Source of the DNA: a candidate division FCPU426 bacterium
Lineage (GTDB): Bacteria; Oederibacteriota; Muellerivitia; Muellerivitales; Muellerivitaceae
Assembly (NCBI GenBank): GCA_963830915.1
Contig: CAWHOE010000016.1
Span: forward strand, 1-34,862
Direction of reading: 5' to 3'
Length of the DNA stretch: 34,862 nucleotides
The position numbers and the translations under genes are program-made. Under the pieces are notes generated by a model. It made no database searches. It had not been told where the DNA came from and saw only the letters and a list, made by a program, of their open reading frames with translations. Shown here in pieces: positions 10,484 to 18,938 of this stretch; the stretch's first letter is position 1; each line of letters starts with the position of its first letter.

Positions 10484-11374
10484 ATGCAAACCATCGAAAG
10501 ATACAAAACCCGCGTCGGTTTCGCGGGACTGGGTTTGATGGGGAACGCCCTGGTTCACCGTCTCGCGGACGGGGGATGGAATCTTAGGGTGTGGAACCGG
10601 TCACCCCAACGGACCGAGGAGTTCAAAGAACGGGGGATGGGTGTGGACCCGACCCCCGCCGAATTGGCCGCGAACGCCGATCTGGTCATATCCAGCCTGG
10701 CAAACGACCAGGCCGCCAGGGAGGTTTACCTGGGGAAGGATGGCATCTTCACGAAAGCCAAACCGGGAACGATCATCCTTGAAATGAGCACCCTTTCCCC
10801 CACCGCGAGTCTGGAACTGCACGCCAGGGCGAAGGAACTGGGGGTTCACCTGCTGGATATCCCTATCGCCGGTTCGACCCCTGCGGTGAAGGCCGGGGCG
10901 GTCACATTGCTGGCGGGCGGGTCCAAGGAAGTCTTCGAAGCCTGTGTGCCCCTTTTCGAGACCATCGCCAAGCAGTGGTTCTTGATGGGCCCGGCCGGTT
11001 CGGGGGCCCAAATGAAGCTGGTGGTGAACCTGCTTTTAGGCGTGGGGATGCAGGCCATCGCCGAATCGGTCAGCCTGGGAGAAAGCCTTGGCATCGACCG
11101 TAATACGCTGTTAAGCGTGCTCTCCAAAACCGCCGTGATCGGCCCGGCCTTCGTGGGCAAGTTCGACAAGATCCAGAAGGGGGACTATTCGCCCCAGTTT
11201 CCCCTCAGGCTCATGCACAAGGACCTGGGTTTGGTCTTGAAAGAAGCCCATAAAACCGGGATAGGCTTACCGGCCGCCGCGGCCGCCCACCAGATGACGG
11301 GCGAGATCGTGAAGGATAAGGGCGACCTGGACCTGTCGGCCATTACACCCTGGGTGGCTAGAAAAAAGGTATAA
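10484..11374 (+). CDS. NAD(P)-dependent oxidoreductase, 3-hydroxyisobutyrate/6-phosphogluconate dehydrogenase family
   Basis: VGFAGLGLMG, VWNRS, EMSTLSP, MKLVVN and FPLRLMHKDL. GGAGG RBS. Confidence 0.92.
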   Translation: MQTIERYKTRVGFAGLGLMGNALVHRLADGGWNLRVWNRSPQRTEEFKERGMGVDPTPAELAANADLVISSLANDQAAREVYLGKDGIFTKAKPGTIILEMSTLSPTASLELHARAKELGVHLLDIPIAGSTPAVKAGAVTLLAGGSKEVFEACVPLFETIAKQWFLMGPAGSGAQMKLVVNLLLGVGMQAIAESVSLGESLGIDRNTLLSVLSKTAVIGPAFVGKFDKIQKGDYSPQFPLRLMHKDLGLVLKEAHKTGIGLPAAAAAHQMTGEIVKDKGDLDLSAITPWVARKKV

Positions 11375-11459
11375 GGAAAATCCGGAATTCCTGAATGGCA
11401 AATTGGGTTGTGAGGGGTACGATATTGACCAGCCCCATTTACGCAAGATCGGATGTTCT

Positions 11460-12556
11460 ATGAAGCGACAAATAGTAATGATTCTCCCGGTTCTTCTTCT
11501 GTTGACCCCCCTTGCCTGTAACAAAACCTATTACTTACCTCCCTTATCCGCATCTTCCATCCCAACTCCCACTCCGACCAGCGGTCTGATGGTTTACACA
11601 TTGGCTGGTACGGGCGAGGGGTCGGGGTCGAACGGTCCGGAAGCCGGCGCGACGTTCAATTATCCTTGGGGTATCGCCATGGATTTCCCGGGGAATCTTT
11701 ACATAGGCGACCAAAATAATCGGCTGATCCGTGTGATCACACCGGCCGGCATGGTTTCCACTTTGGCTGGTTCGGGCGCTTTTGGAAGCACCAACGCCAC
11801 GGGGGTATTCGCATCCTTTTATTCGCCCGATGGCGTGGCGGTGGACGGGGCAGGGAACGTTTATGTGGCCGACGCGGGCAATAATATGATCCGGAAAATA
11901 TCCCCAGGGGCGGTAGTCACGACCTTGGCCGGTACGGGCGCCGTTGGGTCCGTGAATGGTTCAGGCGTGTCCGCGACCTTTGACGAGCCCACGGGAGTGG
12001 CGGTCGACGGCGCGGGCAACGTTTATGTGGCGGACTCCTTGAATGATATGATCCGTAAGATCACACCGGCCGGGGTTGTGTCCACATTGGCCGGCTCCGG
12101 CGCCAATGGTTCCACCAATGGGGCTGGGGTAACCGCCTCGTTCGATCAGCCTTTTGGGCTGACGGTGGACAATTCGGGGAATGTCTTCGTCGCGGACACT
12201 CTTAACGAACTCATCCGGGAAATTACGCCGGCAGGGGTTGTTTCCACGGTCGCGGGTTCGGGGGCGACCGAATCTTGAATGGCACCGGCACCGCGGCGTC
12301 CTTTTGGAGCCCTTCCGCGATCGCGGTGGATAACGCGGGGAATCTTTATGTGGTGGACACGACCAATAGCCTTATCCGAAAGATCACGCCAGGGGGGGTG
12401 GTGTCGACGCTGGCAGGGAATGGCGCGATCGGCGGCAACAACGGTCCGGCCCTTTCCGCCTCGTTCTATTATCCCGACGGTATAGTCGTTAATAGCGCTG
12501 GTACGACCATCTATGTGGCCGATACGGACGGTAATAAGATCCGAATGATCCATTGA
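11460..12556 (+). pseudogene. NHL-repeat lipoprotein, frameshifted near 12270
   Basis: Lipobox PLA-C and repeats 'A.F..P.GVAVDGAGNVYVAD..N..IRKITP.GVVSTLAG'. The repeat register continues in ORF 12275-12556. Confidence 0.8.
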
Positions 12557-12666
12557 TTTAGGTTTTGCGGGGTTTTCGAGAAGTGGAGGTCAATCCTAAT
12601 GAATGGGTTAAAACCTCCAACAGCTATATAAGGTTTAATTATTAGCTACAAAATTTAGGAGGCGCT

Positions 12667-13542
12667 ATGGGATCGCGCAAAAATTATGGTTGGGTTCTTC
12701 TGGGTTTTTTGATCATCTCCGGCTGTCTATTACCTGATCAGTCCTTGGCCCAAATTCAGGAAGGGACCACTTCGGCCATTGAAACGGGCGGGCCATTCCG
12801 GGGTGGTTGGTGGGTGAAAACCGAATGGGGCGCCGACTATGCCCTGATGGGGGATGTCATTAGCGGCATGAAAGCCTGGCAGGCTGTCTTTCAGTCGACC
12901 GGAATCTCCTCCACGCTTTCCGTGAGTAATTGGGGATGGCAGGGTCAATTCGAGGCGGGTTTGAACCTGGACCCGGACAACGCCTTTTCCATCGAGGTTC
13001 ATCAAATATACTGCCCAACAGAATCCATTACCCGTGGATTGGGGAGCGGCAACTACACCTACAGTGTGGCCCCGACCTTGGACGACGTTACCCTGAATTA
13101 TTACCGTACCCTGTTCAAAGGCGGGGGTTTTCGCACCTACGCGGTGATCGGGGGCGGCTATTACCATACCGATGTGAATTATTACGAAGGTACGGGAGGC
13201 TTGGCCAATGGGGAATCAGCCACCTTTACCGGTGATATTCTTGGTGGGAGTTTGGGGATAGGGGAGGAAATGCAAATCTCTAGGAATGTATCCCTTGGGT
13301 TGGATATCAAAGGGCTTTTGGCCGCCTTCAGCCAAGTCACCTCCAACACCTTCAATGCTTATGGGCAGGTTACTTCCGCTCACGCGCCATATGCTTTGGG
13401 GATATCTAATGTGCCTGGATATGATCCACTCAGAGGAACGATCAATGGTTATTCGGTTCCTTTCGCTGGGCAAGATCTTCGATACGCGGTCGTGGATTTT
13501 TCGGGGTTTACCACCAACCTGTCCCTGGTTTACCACTTTTAG
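12667..13542 (+). CDS. Outer-membrane beta-barrel protein
   Basis: Signal peptide, amphipathic strands and C-terminal NLSLVYHF barrel signature. AGGAGG RBS. Confidence 0.75.
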   Translation: MGSRKNYGWVLLGFLIISGCLLPDQSLAQIQEGTTSAIETGGPFRGGWWVKTEWGADYALMGDVISGMKAWQAVFQSTGISSTLSVSNWGWQGQFEAGLNLDPDNAFSIEVHQIYCPTESITRGLGSGNYTYSVAPTLDDVTLNYYRTLFKGGGFRTYAVIGGGYYHTDVNYYEGTGGLANGESATFTGDILGGSLGIGEEMQISRNVSLGLDIKGLLAAFSQVTSNTFNAYGQVTSAHAPYALGISNVPGYDPLRGTINGYSVPFAGQDLRYAVVDFSGFTTNLSLVYHF

Positions 13543-13574
13543 CCTGTCGAAGGTTCGGGGGGCAGGTTTAGCGT

Positions 13575-13688
13575 CTGTGGGCTGTCAGCTGTCGACCGTC
13601 GACTGTGATCTGGTACCGTCAACTGTCGACTGTGAACTGTCACCAGTTAGCTATTTTCTGTCGACTGTCAGCTGTGGCCTGTCTGTCA
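13575..13688. repeat. Degenerate heptamer tandem array (CTGTCRR-like)
   Basis: ctgtggg ctgtcag ctgtcga ccgtcga ctgtgat ... ctgtcga ctgtgaa ctgtcac. A short second run lies at 13852-13881. Confidence 0.85.
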
Positions 13689-13694
13689 TACCGG

Positions 13695-13818
13695 CTTAAT
13701 ACATACCGCCCCAGCTTCATACATCCTTCATACATGGGTATTTACCGCTTCATACCGGGTTAATACATGCTTAATACATCATATTTACCAGCAAAAATGG
13801 CCATATACTGCTTAATAC
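13695..13818. repeat. Roughly 11-bp-phased CTTMATAC repeats
   Basis: Copies start at 13695, 13715, 13726, 13748, 13759, 13770 and 13811, with degenerate copies at 13738, 13781 and 13801. Confidence 0.7.
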
Positions 13819-13927
13819 CAAAACCTTGAGGAAGTATAGGTTTGCGATTTGCTGTCGACCGTCGACCGTCAACTGTTAGCTGAATTTATACCGCTATATA
13901 CCAAAACAGAATTCTTATTCCCAACCT

Positions 13928-14387
13928 TCCGGTCATCGATGACATTGTGCCACTGGATGCCTATCGTGCCATCGTACCAAGCCGGTGGCACGATACGGAA
14001 AACTGGGGACAAAGCCGAATTTCTGGGGACAGAACACAGGAAAACCAGGGACAAACTTTGCTTTTCTGGGGACAAAACCTAAAAAACCAGGGACAGAACC
14101 CCGAAAACTGGGGACAGACCCCGATTTTTCTGGGGACAAAGCCTAGAAACTGGGGACAAAACTCCGGTCATCGATAACATTGTGCCACTGGATGCCTATC
14201 GTGCCATCGTGCCAAGCCGGTGGCACGATACGGTAACTGGGGACAAAGCCGAATTTCTGGGGACAGAACACAGGAAAACCAGGGACAAACTTTGCTTTTC
14301 TGGGGACAAAGATCCAAAAACCAGGGACAAACTCCGATTTTTCTGGGGACAAACCTAGAAACTGGGGACAAAACTCCGGTCATCGAT
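13928..14387. repeat. Tandem duplication (~235 bp and ~212 bp units), each a hairpin plus a ladder of ~21-bp GGGACA repeats
   Basis: TCCGGTCATCGAT at 13928, 14163 and 14375 bounds the units. There are 8 + 7 GGGACA cores spaced 19-22 bp apart, and hairpins at 13962-13995 and 14197-14230. Confidence 0.9.
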
Positions 14388-14663
14388 GGCACAGGAGCCG
14401 CGGCTTCCTTTTGGAACCCTTCCGGGATCGCAGTGGATAACGCTGGGAATCTTTATGTGGCGGATACGACCAATAACAAGATCCGAAAGATCACAGCAGG
14501 AGGGGTTGTGACGACGCTGGCAGGAACTGGAGCGATCGGCGGCACCAACGGCCCAGCCCTTTCCGCTTCTTTCTATTATCCCGACGGTGTAGTTGTCAAT
14601 TCTGCTGGTACGACCGTCTATTTGGCCGACACAGACGGTGAAAAGATTCGAATGATCCAATGA
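14385..14663 (+). pseudogene. Orphan 3' fragment of an NHL-repeat gene, a diverged copy of 12278-12556
   Basis: DGTGAAASFWNPSGIAVDNAGNLYVAD...KIRMIQ* aligns without gaps to NGTGTAASFWSPSAIAVDNAGNLYVVD...KIRMIH*. It has no own start or signal peptide. Confidence 0.85.
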
Positions 14664-14798
14664 TTTGGGCTTTTGCGGGGTTTTCGTGAAATAAGGGTCG
14701 GATTACATGTGTAATTTGGCCTTTTTTATTTGGGTTTAGTCCAAAACGACAATATCCGGGCGGTTTTTATAGGCGGTTGAGGGATACCAACTATTTAA

Positions 14799-14826
14799 TT
14801 AGACCTACGGGTACAAATGTTAGAAT
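14799..14826 (+). promoter_or_regulatory. Putative sigma70 promoter with extended -10
   Basis: TTAGAC, 16-bp spacer, TGt-TAGAAT, ending 7 nt before ATG 14834. Confidence 0.5.
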
Positions 14827-14833
14827 CTCACCA

Positions 14834-15703
14834 ATGACAATTTTCATAAAGAATCAAATTAAACCTCAAATGTCGGCTGTCGCGATTAATTCGTTGATAA
14901 AGCCAAATGTCCAGCCATTTTTAAAGTGGGCTGGCGGTAAGAGGTGGTTAATTAATGGATACCCTCATTTATTTCCTCGAATGTATAACAGGTACATAGA
15001 GCCTTTCCTGGGAAGCGGTGCGGTCTATTTTTACTTAAAACCTGAAAATGCTATTCTTTCAGATTTGAATAAGGAGTTGATCGAAACTTACTTAGCAATA
15101 AAAAATCATTGGAAGAAAGTAGTTAAGAAACTGGAAGTGCATCAACTATGTCATGGTAAACGGTATTACTATCAAGTTAGAAAACAGAAATTTGCAGATC
15201 CAATTGAAAGAGCGGCTAAGTTTATTTATCTCAATCGTACGTGCTGGAATGGACTTTATAGAGTTAATTTGAATGGCCAATTTAATGTTCCGATCGGAAC
15301 AAAAACTAATGTTTTGTTAACTGACGATGATTTTAAGAAAGTCTCAGCCAGATTGAATAAATCTGAAATGATCTGCTCTGATTTTGAACCGATTATCGAT
15401 AAAGCCGGTAAGAATGATTTTTTATTTGTTGATCCACCCTATACCGTGACGAGTAATCAGAGTAACTTTATAAAATACAATGAGTTACTCTTTAGTTGGG
15501 AAGATCAAATAAGACTTAGAAATGCTCTGGTAAGGGCTAAAGATCGAGGCGTTTTGATTTTTTTAACAAACGCTTATCATGAAACTGTTGAAAGTCTTTA
15601 CAGGGATCATTTCAATCTTTTAATGGTTACTAGATCTAGTGTAATTGCCGGTGATTCAAGTAAACGCAAGCCTTATGAAGAGTATATTGTGAGGTCTTAC
15701 TAA
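14834..15703 (+). CDS. Dam/DpnM-like (D12 class, alpha group) DNA N6-adenine methyltransferase
   Basis: PFLKWAGGKRWL, YIEPFLGSGAV (motif I), LSDLNKELI, YLNRTCWNGLYRVN..GQFNVPIG (TRD) and FVDPPY (motif IV). The start could also be 14870. Confidence 0.95.
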   Translation: MTIFIKNQIKPQMSAVAINSLIKPNVQPFLKWAGGKRWLINGYPHLFPRMYNRYIEPFLGSGAVYFYLKPENAILSDLNKELIETYLAIKNHWKKVVKKLEVHQLCHGKRYYYQVRKQKFADPIERAAKFIYLNRTCWNGLYRVNLNGQFNVPIGTKTNVLLTDDDFKKVSARLNKSEMICSDFEPIIDKAGKNDFLFVDPPYTVTSNQSNFIKYNELLFSWEDQIRLRNALVRAKDRGVLIFLTNAYHETVESLYRDHFNLLMVTRSSVIAGDSSKRKPYEEYIVRSY

Positions 15704-17082
15704 TGGCTTCTGAAGAAATAGAAAATCTACAAGAGCTGGATGAGGAGAAGTTAAGTTCTATTTCGGTAATAGTTCCTGAGAGTCCGTTCGATAAGGGAGT
15801 AAAGCGTTATATATGTGCATTGGATGTAGATAAACTTATGTATTGGTGGCCAGGAAAAGTTCATGATGTAAATAGAGACGTTAAAAAGGTTAAGTACATT
15901 CAAAGATCGCTGGATTGGAAACGGGTGGCTGATATTGCCGCCTTCTTATTGCAAGAAGAAATTACTGATGCTGTAGATGAATTGACGGAATGTTTTAAAG
16001 ATATTTATGGAACTACTGATGTCGAACCCGGCAGAGAGTGGCCACCAAAAGTTGGCAAAGTAATTACACCGAAGAAAAGTGTTTGCCCTGATTTTGGAAA
16101 TATTTTGATACATGTAAATGGTGCAAAACTGGACCCTGTTACAAAAGGTGAAAAAACTACCCTTTTACATCTGAAGAAAAAAGACAATCCTGATTTCGAA
16201 CTAACGGTAATAGATGGGCAACATAGAATTAATGGTGCTTATTTTGCACTTTATCTCTTAAGGCAGGAAAAACCTGAAGCTACGATGGATGTACCGGCGA
16301 CAGTTTATTTGAACTTAGATGACAAAGGGGCACCACCCAAAAAGCAAGCTCAAATATTTATTGATGTTAACTTCTACCAAAAGAAGGTTGATAGATCGTT
16401 AGCCGTAGATCTATTTCCTACTGCAAGAATTGGTGAAAAAGGAAAAGACAGCACTGATAGAGCACATGATATAAGCCGAAAATTAATGTTAGAAGAAGGT
16501 CCGTTGGTTGGAATGATCCAGATCCCTGGTATTAGGTATGGGGTAAAAGGAGTAATTACCTTATCTACATTAAGTAGCGCTGTTGAATCAATATTAGCTG
16601 AGATTTCTAAATTGGGTTATCAAACAATAACGGAACAAACGTGGATTATTTCTTTGGCTTTGGATGCATGGTTTCAGGCAACGGGTCGCAAGCAAGAGTT
16701 TACCAATGAGCAGAATTTCGAGATTGAAGAAGAAAGTGCGGTTTATCAAGGCAGGTTAATTGTATCGATTATATATTTACTTCCTGGGTTGATTGCCAAA
16801 TATAAAGATAATTTAGTTAAGTCGGATGATTCGGAAATCGTAAAGACTTTTAAAACTGGGCTGAAGAAACTGTTGAAGAGAGCGAACCTTTTAAAAGACG
16901 AGAAGTTTATTAATAAATCTGACTTCAAAAAGCATGGTTTCCTAGGCAGCGGTGGCATTGGCCGTTTGAGAGACTTGCTTTGGGCTTCTCTAGATGAAAA
17001 GTTTGATCGTGGTCGACAAAATGATGGGGCTATAAAAGAAGCCGCTGAAGAAGCTAAAAAAACATATTACCTTTCAGAATAA
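15703..17082 (+). CDS. DGQHR-domain protein (DndB/ParB-like superfamily)
   Basis: IQRSLDWKRVADIAAF, VIDGQHRING and QAQIFIDVNFYQKKV are the three hallmark DGQHR-domain motifs. The ATG overlaps the MTase stop (TAATG). Confidence 0.88.
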   Translation: MASEEIENLQELDEEKLSSISVIVPESPFDKGVKRYICALDVDKLMYWWPGKVHDVNRDVKKVKYIQRSLDWKRVADIAAFLLQEEITDAVDELTECFKDIYGTTDVEPGREWPPKVGKVITPKKSVCPDFGNILIHVNGAKLDPVTKGEKTTLLHLKKKDNPDFELTVIDGQHRINGAYFALYLLRQEKPEATMDVPATVYLNLDDKGAPPKKQAQIFIDVNFYQKKVDRSLAVDLFPTARIGEKGKDSTDRAHDISRKLMLEEGPLVGMIQIPGIRYGVKGVITLSTLSSAVESILAEISKLGYQTITEQTWIISLALDAWFQATGRKQEFTNEQNFEIEEESAVYQGRLIVSIIYLLPGLIAKYKDNLVKSDDSEIVKTFKTGLKKLLKRANLLKDEKFINKSDFKKHGFLGSGGIGRLRDLLWASLDEKFDRGRQNDGAIKEAAEEAKKTYYLSE

Positions 17083-17085
17083 ACA

Positions 17086-17898
17086 ATGATATTAAAAGCC
17101 CCTAATATAAAACAAATATTAGAAACATTGACCACTACAAGCCAATCATATCCTCGCTATGGTGAGTTGATTGAACATATTGAGAATTTGAAACGTAAAG
17201 CAGGTAATGAAATCATTGTGCCGATTGATATCACGTGTTTAAGACTGTTCATGACTGCTTCAATAGATATGTGGCATCGCGCAATAAATTGTTTTCTGAT
17301 TAGTGTTGCAGCGAAAGATAACAATGATCCATGGGCTGGGGTTAGTGGGTATTATTCAAGCCATTATGTAATGAGAGCTTTTAACTACTTGTTTTGTGAG
17401 CTCAATTCAAACATTGGTGTGTATGAATTAAAACAGTCAAAAAGTGGTTATTACCTTCATAGAAAAAACAAAAAACGAAAGCAAGAGCATCTTTATTGCT
17501 GGAATGTTGTTTTTGCGAAGTTTAAAAATCCATTATTTTATGCGTGTACGCAAGTGGATAAAAATGATCAAGGCCACAGGAATTTTGCTTCATATATGGA
17601 CCATTTGAATCCATTAGAATCTGTATTAAATGTTGATAATCATGAGCTTTCATTAAGAATTGGTAGGATTTCTCATATAACGCCAACTCCACCAGATAAG
17701 AATTTCTATCCACAATTAGATAATGTTCAATCTATGGCGTTTAATCGAATCATCTTTTATAAAAATTGGATGGATCAAAATATTGGGCCGACGACCAACT
17801 ATTGGTCCATACATCGTGATCCAAAATGGTGTCGAGGAGTGATGGAATACGACGCCAATTGGCCGACCTTATCGGATTTAGTTGCGAATGCATCTTAA
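17086..17898 (+). CDS. Hypothetical protein with HEPN-like signature
   Basis: WAGVSGYYSSHYVMRAF helix, downstream EH and HRNFASYMDH (R-x4-Y...H). It starts 3 nt after the DGQHR gene stop. Confidence 0.6.
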   Translation: MILKAPNIKQILETLTTTSQSYPRYGELIEHIENLKRKAGNEIIVPIDITCLRLFMTASIDMWHRAINCFLISVAAKDNNDPWAGVSGYYSSHYVMRAFNYLFCELNSNIGVYELKQSKSGYYLHRKNKKRKQEHLYCWNVVFAKFKNPLFYACTQVDKNDQGHRNFASYMDHLNPLESVLNVDNHELSLRIGRISHITPTPPDKNFYPQLDNVQSMAFNRIIFYKNWMDQNIGPTTNYWSIHRDPKWCRGVMEYDANWPTLSDLVANAS

Positions 17899-18048
17899 AT
17901 GGTTTTAGGGCAAATCCTAAAATGCTGCGATCCAAGCAAAAATAAATAATAGGGGTCAGAAATAAAACCGCGCGTACTATCGACCAATAAAAAATATTGA
18001 TGAACGAGTGAATTGTTGAAGATGTTTGAATTAATTTAATAAAGCAAA

Positions 18049-18876
18049 GTGTGGAAAGTGTCGCCGAAATTGGAACTAACGCTTGAAGAAAAAAGAGAAT
18101 ACTGCGCTTTTGCAGTTGAAGAAGTAAATAAAAATGCCATGTCTTATTTGTGCAGCATCTATTCAGGGACTTATGAAAATTCGGAATTGGTAGGAACTGG
18201 GTTTTATTTTTCCCATTGTGAAAAGTATTTTTGCATAACAGCCAAGCATGTTGTGGAAAGAAAGCCCGGTAAAGATATATTGTCAATTAGCGTAGGAAAA
18301 GAGGATCGTCCTGTATATTTGCCGAAAGAAATAAAAATGTCAAAATCTCCAGCGGATTTTGCAATAATTCAATTACCCCCCCAAATTTTATCCTGCTTGA
18401 ATGAGAAAAAATTCTTGAATATTAATCAAATGGACTTAAGTGAAGATTTGGAAAATGATTGGTATGTTATGTGCGGTTTTCCTCACGTCCAAAGCATTTC
18501 AAAACCAAAGGAAATTATTTCAAATCCTTTGTTTTATGGCACTGTCAAAGCGGATGAATTGCCCAAGTCGAAAATTGGAGCTTATTCAAAGACGGTAAAC
18601 TTTCCATTCGCTTATCCAGAGTCAGGCAATCAAAGAACGCAAGGCGGGGAAATTTCTCAAATAAATGTTATAGGAGTGAGTGGTGGCCCCATATTTAAGA
18701 CGAATATTGGACACAAAAATAGGGCAAATTGGTCATTTGGCGATTCAAGGATTATTTCGCTGGTTCACACATGGCACGTACCGGATGGAGAATTAGAAGA
18801 AGATCAAGTACAGAAACAAATAGTTGTTGGCACAAAAATAAAAGAAGTTATGCATTTTATAGAAATGAAATATTAA
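18049..18876 (+). CDS. Trypsin-like serine peptidase domain protein, no signal peptide
   Basis: VGTGFYF, ITAKHVV (His), ADFAIIQL (Asp) and GVSGGPIF (Ser) in catalytic order. The start is uncertain. Confidence 0.8.
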   Translation: MWKVSPKLELTLEEKREYCAFAVEEVNKNAMSYLCSIYSGTYENSELVGTGFYFSHCEKYFCITAKHVVERKPGKDILSISVGKEDRPVYLPKEIKMSKSPADFAIIQLPPQILSCLNEKKFLNINQMDLSEDLENDWYVMCGFPHVQSISKPKEIISNPLFYGTVKADELPKSKIGAYSKTVNFPFAYPESGNQRTQGGEISQINVIGVSGGPIFKTNIGHKNRANWSFGDSRIISLVHTWHVPDGELEEDQVQKQIVVGTKIKEVMHFIEMKY

Positions 18877-18938
18877 AAGGGATCCAGGCTTGCGGATTAC
18901 AATTTAGCTGCTGATGTTCGGTTCTTGTGGAGGTAAAT

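Noticed and set aside
13945..14000. Sigma54 promoters at TGGCAC motifs
   Set aside because: No TTGC at the -12 position on either strand. The motifs are explained by the hairpin.
13928..14387. CRISPR array
   Set aside because: The conserved core is only about 6-9 bp with a 21-bp period, the intervening sequences are short and themselves duplicated, and there are no cas genes.
13849..14392. Short ORFs across the repeat block, including the 14220 start fused to the NHL fragment
   Set aside because: They are translations of the nucleotide repeat in several frames, lack an RBS, and the unit lengths are not consistently multiples of three.
12281..14663. DGR template/variable repeat pair
   Set aside because: Mismatches involve all four bases, many at synonymous positions rather than being adenine-specific, and there is no reverse transcriptase in the window.
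14834..17898. Ordinary DpnII-type restriction-modification system or dnd phosphorothioation cluster
   Set aside because: No recognisable restriction endonuclease motif and no dndA/C/D/E-, dpd- or ssp-like genes. A cryptic nuclease cannot be fully excluded without a structure search.
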